Sequence record: HG983520.1
DNA length: 6,699 nucleotides
Reading direction: 5' to 3' (one strand)
In this document: positions 1-5,985 of the stretch, piece after piece
Position numbering within the stretch: position 1 is the stretch's first letter
Layout: the number at the start of each line of letters is the position of its first letter
The notes under the pieces: generated by a model
Seen by the model: the letters and a program-made list of their open reading frames with translations, nothing else
What the model was told of the DNA's origin: nothing
Databases searched by the model: none
Program-made: the position numbers and the translations under genes

Positions 1-27
1 TATCGTGTAAAGTAGAGACAATTAAAT

Positions 28-49
28 CCCCCCCCCCCCAGGGGGGGGG
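28..49. repeat. Homopolymer inverted repeat C12-A-G9, a potential long G:C hairpin
   Basis: Read directly: c at 28-39, a at 40, g at 41-49. Confidence 0.9.
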
Positions 50-143
50 AGAACCCAGAATTTTAAAATCATTTTTGATACAGTAATGAGAGGCTTGATC
101 TGATCCTTGATGATTCGATTATTTCCTCTCCTTCAACGGAAAA

Positions 144-153
144 CCCCCCCCCC
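144..153. repeat. C10 homopolymer run
   Basis: Read directly: c at 144-153. Confidence 0.9.
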
Positions 154-1330
154 TATTAACGGTTATTGATTGGAAAAACACTTTAAAAACTCAATCATTA
201 GTAATTTTATTATATTAATCTTCGTATTTTTTTTTTTTAATGATAGTTTAATGGTTAAAACTATTTCTTCACATAATCACCTCATTTAGTTTGGTATTAT
301 GTTAAGTTTATTGTTGGTTCAATTCCTTCTCATTTAAAGACCTTCATATATAGTAGGTTAAATATAATTTTGTTATTGAATTGATTTACTAATTATAATT
401 TGACTATTATAATTAAGGTTAGAGAGAAATAATTAAACTTCTTTTCCTCGGCGAATGAGAACGCGGCGACAGTGTTACCTAATTTGAACAATGGGGATTA
501 CAAAAGGAATCCGACGAGGAATTGTTTAGTTTCTTAGAAGCTCTCCGCTTTTGTAGCTTTCTATTTTTGATGAATTTCTTGTTATTTCTTTACTCTAGCT
601 TGAGCGGTTTTTGAGATGAGAAAACTGAGGTAACGGGTCACCGATCCTTAAGACTTTAAAGCAAACGTATGTAGCAATGGGTAAAGTTGGATTTAATTTT
701 GATATTCGGATAAGATAGTTAATACTTAAGTGATAACCATATTATTCTATAAGTTGGGTTTAAAATATATAATATACGGGAGAGTGTAAGTGAGCTGTAG
801 TGACCCTACAGTATGTAGTTGTACTCACCGCTCCTTGGAAGCCTCCACCACTGTATAGATCTAACGAGTCTAACTTTTGTGGATTAAAGAGTGTATTATA
901 TGACTTAGTAGTCTCTATCTGATTTTTAGTTAATATTTATCATCATCCGGTTGAATAAAGGTTGGCTTGGTTAGGCTTATTATAGACCTAGGGTAATACC
1001 CTGATATAACAATAAACCGACTCAAGGAATAAGGTTATTGTACGCTAAACATTGTTGTTTGGAATAAAGGATGAGTTGAGTTTATTTTCCTTCTTTAAAT
1101 AATTTTAAGATATGATGGTTATGATGATTATGATTAAAAAAACAACTACAACGCAAACAGCGCGTATAAACACTGTATTTTATAATAAGGTTAATTTTAA
1201 ATTAGATTTACATTATTCTCACTTTAATTCTAAGAAATTTTATTCTACACCTTTTTCTCCTTTAGTTAGTGAATCAACTAAACAAAAAGGTAATATTGTT
1301 TTGTATACCCTCCTTAGGGTTACTACACAT

Positions 1331-1368
1331 GGCCCTGAGGGGGCGCGGGAGGCGCCGGGGAGGGGATG
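1331..1368. repeat. GC cluster inside the LAGLIDADG pseudogene
   Basis: ggccctgagggggcgcgggaggcgccggggaggggatg sits in an otherwise AT-rich context. It shares gccctgaggggg with 4848-4859 (inverted) and ggcgccgg with 1898-1905. Confidence 0.8.
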
Positions 1369-1423
1369 GTTTAACTACAGGAATAATATTAGGAAAGGAA
1401 TTTTTAGACTGTTCAGATAAACC

Positions 1424-1441
1424 AGAGGCGGAGCCTCCGCG
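1424..1441. repeat. Palindromic GC cluster (gcggag c ctccgc) in the conserved KAS..GLS linker of the pseudogene
   Basis: 1428-1433 gcggag is the reverse complement of 1435-1440 ctccgc. The reading frame changes across this element. Confidence 0.8.
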
Positions 1442-1840
1442 AAGCTTTTATACTTACTAATTTTAATAAACCCTCTTTAGTTAAATGTACTTTTTCTTGT
1501 ACCAAACTAACAGCTTGTTTGAATCAGCATGTTTTTGAGTAATTAAAGGATATTTATCAAAATGATCTATAATTATCCTTAAATTTTTTTAAACCGCTAA
1601 CACGGAACTCTATTGAATCTTTCCCATGTTTGTATATTTTACCTCTCTAAATTTTTGAATTGATTCTAACAATCCTCTATCTTTATTGTGTAAAGAAAAA
1701 TAGGTTTAACCTGTCATCCGGTTAACATTCTATTATCCTTATAGATAGAAATATTAAAACATCCCTCACCATCTGAAAAACCAGTAAAATAATGAGGATT
1801 AATATTATTAGTATAATTACCCTTAGAGTTAGAAGAATAA

Positions 1841-1916
1841 GATCCGGCGCGCGCAAGCGTGCTGGATCAGCCGCCGCAGGGGGGGGGGGATCTAAACGGC
1901 GCCGGAGGGGCGGTAC
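1841..1916. repeat. Large GC cluster with a G11 run between the atp6 exon 1 end and the first LAGLIDADG motif
   Basis: gatccggcgcgcgcaagcgtgctggatcagccgccgcag-G11-atctaaacggcgccggaggggcggtac. It contains gatcc/ggatc inverted ends (1841-1845 and 1864-1868) and a G run at 1879-1889. Confidence 0.85.
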
Positions 1917-1957
1917 ATACATATAAAGAATTAATAATAACGAATAGGCACCTTTTT

Positions 1958-2295
1958 ACCATTCCTATTAAATTATTTACTAATATGAATATGAATAATG
2001 AATATATAAAAGGGAAATATATTTGCCCTTTATTTGGGTTAATTTGACTTACTACTGTACTATGCATTGTTGCATATATACTTTCCTGACTGATTGATCA
2101 GTTATTTGGTATTATTTTATTCTCATTTGAAGCTAATAAGCTATATGTTAATATTAAAAATGCACCTATTAATAGGTATAAACCAATATTTGTTAAAGAT
2201 AAATGGATATTTCCTAATAAGTTAGCGTTTAAAGAAAATAAATCTATAACTTCGAACTGATCTAGTGGACTTAATAAAATATATAAATTATTCAT
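1958..2295 (-). CDS. atp6: ATP synthase F0 subunit 6 (a), exon 1 or 5' portion only. The 3' boundary is approximate to a few nt.
   Basis: With table 4 the translation is MNNLYILLSPLDQFEVIDLFSLNANLLGNIHLSLTNIGLYLLIGAFLILTYSLLASNENKIIPNNWSISQESIYATMHSTVVSQINPNKGQIYFPFIYSLFIFILVNNLIGMV. This matches the conserved fungal ATP6 N-terminal pattern (SPLDQFE, IIPNNW, YFPF, NLIGM). TGA at 2098-2100 falls at the Trp position. The gene sits directly downstream of atp8. Confidence 0.9.
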
Positions 2296-2360
2296 ATTAT
2301 TTTTTTTTTATTAAATTCATTTATATATATAATAATTTACAATTTTCGAAAAATTCGAAA

Positions 2361-2494
2361 CTAAACCCTTAGGGTTTCCCCTCGATTCCTAAAGCCGGGT
2401 CCCAAAGGGACCCCTAAACTAACCGATAGGCGGTGCGGAAAACGAGGAATTTATAGGGGCGTTCCACCACCTGGACTAGCGACACTAAGGTCGT
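2361..2494. repeat. GC-rich hairpin cluster in the atp8-atp6 spacer
   Basis: Hairpin 1 is aaaccc(2363-2368)/gggttt(2372-2377). Hairpin 2 is gggtccc(2397-2403)/gggaccc(2407-2413). More GC-rich sequence continues to about 2494. The cluster shares ggcggtgcg (2429-2437) with 5931-5939. Confidence 0.8.
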
Positions 2495-2524
2495 TAAATA
2501 TTACTTTTTTTTTTTACTTATAAA

Positions 2525-2671
2525 CTATAATTTGTTTATATACATACGAGAAATAAAAATTCGCACGAATCTAGGTAATATATATTTAGTAAATGCGTAT
2601 ATTAATACTGTTAATATTACAAAAGCAAATACTACTTGATTAACAAAATAAAAAGGTACTAATTGTGGCAT
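2525..2671 (-). CDS. atp8: ATP synthase F0 subunit 8
   Basis: A 48-aa ORF missed by the track: [51 protein letters not shown] is at 2671-2669 and TAG at 2527-2525. It has the hallmark [10 protein letters not shown]-terminus, a single hydrophobic helix and a basic tail. Confidence 0.93.
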   Translation of the reverse strand: MPQLVPFYFVNQVVFAFVILTVLIYAFTKYILPRFVRIFISRMYINKL

Positions 2672-2750
2672 GTAATATTCATTTATCTTAGATACTTTCT
2701 TATTTCTATCATCACTCCTAAAGATTATAGGGCAAATCTATAGGAGAAGA

Positions 2751-2821
2751 AGCCCTTAAGATGAATCGAACATCTATCAAAATATTAACAGTATTCCGCT
2801 CTTCCATTGAGCTATAAAGGC
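2751..2821 (-). tRNA. trnN: tRNA-Asn (anticodon GUU)
   Basis: Hand-folded cloverleaf: GCCTTTA TA GCTC AATGGAA GAGC G GAATA CTGTTAA TATTT TGAT AGATG TTCGATT CATCT TAAGGGC T. The acceptor stem is 7 bp with one G:U pair, and the T-loop is the canonical TTCGATT. Confidence 0.9.
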
Positions 2822-2871
2822 TATTAGTGAATCCCCTGTTGCTTCGCAACCTACTAAATTCGACCGATATC

Positions 2872-2942
2872 ATTCTTATCCAAGACTCGAACTTGGATCA
2901 GAATATTAGAAGTATTCTGCTCTACCATTGAGCTAATAAGAA
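2872..2942 (-). tRNA. trnR: tRNA-Arg (anticodon UCU)
   Basis: Hand-folded cloverleaf: TTCTTAT TA GCTC AATGGTA GAGC A GAATA CTTCTAA TATTC TGAT CCAAG TTCGAGT CTTGG ATAAGAA T. All stems are Watson-Crick. Confidence 0.9.
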
Positions 2943-3011
2943 TAAAGTATAAATATACTATACTAAAAGTAAAACTTTTATTAATTTAATTTATTTGTAT
3001 ACAATAAATGC

Positions 3012-3737
3012 TTAGTTTATATTATAAATTAAAGAAGAAACTGAGTAATGTAAACCATCTAAAATAGGAGCTGGGTATATTCCAAATAATACTGTAAATA
3101 CTACAAATATTAATAACAATATAAACTCTCTTCTATTTACATCACCTATATTTTCTCTAAAGTATATAGAGTAAGAACCACCAAAAGCTATTCTATTGTA
3201 CATATATATTGTATAAGCTGCAGAGAATATTATAGAAGAACTAGCTAAAACACCTAATATAGGCATTCTTTCAAATACTCCATATACTGACATAAATTCA
3301 CCTAAGAAATTTAGAGTTAAAGGAGCACCACAATTACCTAATGATAATATGAAGAATAATACTGAGAATATAGGCATAACTTGAGCCATACCTCTATAGT
3401 ATGTAATTAATCTAGTAGATGATCTGTCATATAAAATACCTCCTGCACAAATAAATAAACCTGATGAAACGAAACCGTGAGCTAAACCTAAAACTATTGC
3501 ACCTTCAATACCTTGTATTGTATTACTAAATGCACCTATTAAATAAACAGCTGCGTGAGATACAGATGAATAAGCAATAAGTTCTTTAACATCTATTGTT
3601 CTTAATGTACTAAAACTAGCATATATTATTGTTATTACACCTATAACATATATTATGTAAGTATAATTTAAAGAAGCTTTAGGTAATAAAGGTAATATTA
3701 ATCTAAATATACTATATAAACTTAATTTTAAAACTAT
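3012..3737 (-). CDS. nad4: NADH dehydrogenase subunit 4, exon 2
   Basis: Translation IVLKLSLYSIFRLILPLLPKASLNY...IAYSSVSHAAVYLIGAF...GLAHGFVSSGLF...YNIN, with TAA at 3014-3012. This continues the conserved ...ILAG|I.LKL.. junction of ND4. The first 11 residues of track ORF 3012..3770 (MPCKGSRSNNM) are intron sequence. Confidence 0.93.
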   Translation of the reverse strand: MVLKLSLYSIFRLILPLLPKASLNYTYIIYVIGVITIIYASFSTLRTIDVKELIAYSSVSHAAVYLIGAFSNTIQGIEGAIVLGLAHGFVSSGLFICAGGILYDRSSTRLITYYRGMAQVMPIFSVLFFILSLGNCGAPLTLNFLGEFMSVYGVFERMPILGVLASSSIIFSAAYTIYMYNRIAFGGSYSIYFRENIGDVNRREFILLLIFVVFTVLFGIYPAPILDGLHYSVSSLIYNIN

Positions 3738-3895
3738 CATATTATTTGACCTACTCCCTTTACAGGGCATGAATACTCTCCAATATATTATACGTATACG
3801 TATACTTATTATTATACATATTGAGGTATATAATATTTATTGGGTAGGTACTCCATTATTTTCATAATGGGGTGGACCATATCTTAGCTACTATA

Positions 3896-4951
3896 TTAAA
3901 AGTAGAATTTATTTAAATGATCTCATTTAAATAAAGTTCTTTTTGAGTTCATATTTTCTTTATATTTTAATATTTTTTGTAAATTATTTTTATCTTCCTT
4001 TTTAATCATTAATTTTAGGATTTTTGATCATGTGATATAATCCATATATTTACTACTAAATAAAGGATATTTATTTAAATACTCTAATAATTTTAAATTA
4101 CTTTCAAAGGTTGTAGTTTTTATTCAATATTGATTTTTTCTAATTTTTAGTTTAGTTAATAAAAATTTACTAATTTTATTCATAATTTCTATTTGATCTT
4201 TATTATTAATATTAATCCTTTTTTGTGCTAGTTCTAACATACAAGCAATTTTTTTTGTTTTAGCATGTTTATTTTGTGAATACCTTACATAAAAACAACC
4301 ATCTGCTTCTATAATACCAGATAATCATGCATTTGAATCTAAAGAAGAATTATCTAAAGGTAAAGGAGTTATATTATTATTATTTTTATTATTAATTAAA
4401 TCTATCAACTTATGTAATTGTTCAATTTTTAGTGTTCTCATTTTACCATTTATTAAATTAATTATTTTTATTAAACCTTTTAGATTACTTATTACATATG
4501 TATATGCATTTTTACCTTTTATTTTATATAGATTTCCTGATCCTAAGATACACTGTATCTTTAAAGCTAAGGGTAAATCTTTATTATTAAAAGCTATTAC
4601 AATCATACTAGCACCTTTATTATTTATATATATAGATCCATCTCCTTCTATTAAACCTGCAAGATATGAACCTAATTTGGTAGTATTATTAATATCTACA
4701 TTTTTTGCTTCTAGCGTATGGTCTCTGAAAATATTATTTAGGTTTTTATTGGTTGATACAATATTTCCTAATATAAAAAGCGTATTACCTCAAAATATAC
4801 TTTTTATACAAAGATAAATCCCCAGCTCAATAGTAGAGCTGACCCGTCCCCCTCAGGGCATCTTAAATAATTTTCTGCTGATTGACCAGCGAAAAGATCC
4901 CCCCTGGTGTTTTCAGCAATTAGCTAGATATAAAGCAAGCATAGTTTTCAT
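3896..4951 (-). CDS. Intron-encoded double-motif LAGLIDADG homing endonuclease or maturase, in frame with nad4 exon 1 (351 aa, table 4)
   Basis: The frame is open from the intron's first codon (ATG, 4951-4949) to TAA at 3898-3896 once seven TGA codons are read as Trp. Motif 1 is YLAGLIEGDGSI (4631-4666). Motif 2 is WLSGIIEADGCF (4292-4327). I checked every codoncodon by hand and found no frameshift. Confidence 0.88.
4841..4860. repeat. GC motif inside the nad4 intron, shared with the atp6-side GC cluster
   Basis: 4848-4859 ccccctcagggc is the exact reverse complement of 1332-1343 gccctgaggggg, and the flanks are also similar (acggg versus cgcggg). Confidence 0.7.
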
Positions 4952-5722
4952 ACCTGCTAAAATAATACTACCTGATAATGGTGATTCAACGTGAGCTTTT
5001 AGTAATCAAGTATTTAAAAATATTGTTGGTGTTTTTACAGCTATAGATATAAATATTCCCAACAATAAAAATATTTGAGTTACATTATTAAAATTTGCTT
5101 TTGATAGTGCGTCATAATCTGTTGTTCCCATTATAGAAGACATAGCTAATATTGATAATAACATAAATAATGATCCAAATAATGTATATAAAAATAAATA
5201 GAAACTTGCTCTTACTTTATTACTTGAACCAAATAATCCTATTAATAAAAATAAAGGTGGTAATATACTTTCAAAGAATACATAAAATAACAATATATCT
5301 AATACTAAGAATACTCCTAATAATAATGTTTCTAATAATAACATTATTACTACATATGATAAAATATTTTTAGATTCTATTGTATTTCAATTTGATAATA
5401 TTGCTATTGGCATTATTATAGTTGTTAATAATACAAAATATATGGATAAACCATCTACACCTAGATATATATCAAAATAACTTATTTCATAATGTTCTTC
5501 AATAAATTGAAATTGTTTACTACTAAAATCAAACAGTATAAACATAAATAATGAAACAACTAAATTTAATATTGAAGTCCCTAAGGCTATAGATTTTATT
5601 CTTATATTATTTTTTAATGATAAACCATAATTTGACTCTATTGTTAATAAACCTACTCCTATTAAAGGTATTAATAATAATAATAAAGACATGAGTACAA
5701 ATATATTTTTTATTATCTCCAT
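4952..5722 (-). CDS. nad4: NADH dehydrogenase subunit 4, exon 1 (257 codons)
   Basis: Track ORFs 5387..5722 and 5006..5344 are one frame joined by TGA=Trp at 5389-5387 (..ILSNWNTIE..) and 5008-5006 (..FLNTWLLKAHVESPLSGSIILAG). The second matches the conserved ND4 motif W-L-x-x-AHVE-x-P-x-x-GS-x-ILAG. Confidence 0.93.
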
Positions 5723-5831
5723 ATAAAAGTATATATTACATCTAAGAAAATTTTCCTATATTTTTCTGCGATGTATCTATATAACATATTTATAATGTTA
5801 CACCTTATGTATGACATAAAGTTATAATTTA

Positions 5832-5903
5832 TAAAAGCACCTAGACTCTAACTAGGAAATATAAGCTTTAAACTTATAGTTTTAACTATTAAACTATGCT
5901 TTT
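5832..5903 (-). tRNA. Class-I tRNA with anticodon UAA. This is nominally Leu(UUR), but it lacks the long variable arm expected of a fungal mitochondrial tRNA-Leu.
   Basis: Hand-folded cloverleaf: AAAAGCA TA GTTT AATAGTTA AAAC T ATAAG TTTAAAG CTTAT ATTT CCTAG TTAGAGT CTAGG TGCTTTT A. All stems are Watson-Crick. The D-loop lacks GG and the T-loop is TTAGAGT rather than TTCRANT. Confidence 0.6.
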
Positions 5904-5926
5904 TTTTACCCTAAACCAAACTAAAA

Positions 5927-5985
5927 AGACGGCGGTGCGTTACCTCCCTATCCTTCCCTCCAGTCCGTCCCACACCCCCTCTGGC
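5927..5985. repeat. C-rich (plus strand) GC patch in the spacer between the orphan ORF and the tRNA
   Basis: gacggcggtgcgttacctccctatccttccctccagtccgtcccacaccccctctggc. It is preceded by ccctaaac (5909-5916), which is also found at 2412-2419. It contains ggcggtgcg (5931-5939), which is also found at 2429-2437. Confidence 0.7.

Larger units (their letters stand above)
1250..1840 (-). pseudogene. Degenerate LAGLIDADG homing endonuclease ORF, frameshifted and interrupted by GC clusters
   Basis: Minus-strand pieces lie in different frames:
- NPHYFTGFSDGEGCFNISIYKDNRMLTGWQVKPIF (motif at 1756-1788, frame of atp6)
- FSLHNKDRGLLESIQKF
- GKIYKHGKDSIEFRVSGLKK
- IIIDHFDKYPLITQKHADS
- FKQAVSLVQEKVHLTKEGLLKLVSIKAS
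- GLSEQSKNSFPNIIPVVKP (1367-1423)
Joining them needs five frame changes. The second domain downstream of 1367 is barely recognisable. Confidence 0.8.
1..1957 (-). mobile_element. Intervening sequence following atp6 exon 1. Probably a group I intron whose 3' end and downstream exon lie outside the window.
   Basis: ATP6 homology ends after ...FIFILVNNLIGMV. The frame then stays open (TGA=Trp) into a LAGLIDADG-type ORF, the usual layout for exon-fused intron ORFs. No ORF resembling the ATP6 C-terminal ~150 aa occurs on either strand of 1-1957. Weak R-like (904-921) and S-like (400-410) core motifs lie on the minus strand. I could not fold P1 convincingly. Confidence 0.55.
3738..4951 (-). mobile_element. 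Group I intron in nad4 (phase 0, 1214 nt)
   Basis: - The 5' exon ends in U (4952) and the intron ends in G (3738).
- The intron segment AACUAUGCUUGC (reverse complement of 4935-4946) pairs GCUUGC with the exon 1 end GCAGGU. This is P1, including the U:G pair at the splice site.
- In the same segment, AACUAU pairs perfectly with the exon 2 start AUAGUU (P10).
- The P-like element aattgctgaaaa (4910-4921) and Q-like element aatcagcaga (4874-4883) form a 6-bp P4.
- The S-like element aagatatggtcc lies at 3874-3885.
- A hairpin follows it (3853-3859 with 3864-3870). Confidence 0.87.

Noticed and set aside
1112-1460. Plus-strand ORFs 1112..1420 and 1269..1460
   Set aside because: They lie antisense to the LAGLIDADG pseudogene and run through GC clusters (GPEGAREAPGRGW, RGRGRRRGG). 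They have low-complexity starts and resemble no known family, so they are shadow ORFs.
1722-2047. ORFs 1722..1922 (-) and 1859..2047 (+)
   Set aside because: The first is one frame off the readable FTGFSDGEGCF frame and owes its length to the GC cluster (PPLRRRLDPPPPAAADP). The second is antisense to atp6 exon 1 and the cluster. Neither looks like a real gene.
2838-2850. Small hairpin gttgc-ttc-gcaac between trnN and trnR as a regulatory element or terminator
   Set aside because: It has only a 5-bp stem and no supporting context. It could be a chance structure or a tiny GC-cluster remnant, which is too weak to call.
3738-3770. The ATG at 3770 as the start of the 252-aa ORF (MPCKGSRSNNM...)
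   Set aside because: These 11 codons are the 3' end of the group I intron. ND4 homology and the P10 pairing put the exon start at 3737.
3781-3840. tacgtatacgtatac and AT-rich motifs as a yeast-type mitochondrial promoter (ATATAAGTA-like)
   Set aside because: There is no exact match to a known promoter consensus, and the site lies inside the intron 3' region. I cannot support a promoter from sequence alone.
5170-5373. Plus-strand ORF 5170..5373
   Set aside because: It is antisense to nad4 exon 1, and its I/L/Y/K-rich translation is the kind expected by chance from AT-rich DNA.
5832-5903. Reading the tRNA on the plus strand, where the loop CUUUAAA would give a UUA ochre-suppressor-type anticodon
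   Set aside because: On the plus strand the arm in the D position has a 5-bp stem with a 7-nt loop, and the arm in the T position has an 8-nt loop with no TTC-type motif. This is just the mirror image of a normal cloverleaf. Only the minus-strand fold has proper D-arm and T-arm geometry, and all neighbouring genes are on the minus strand.
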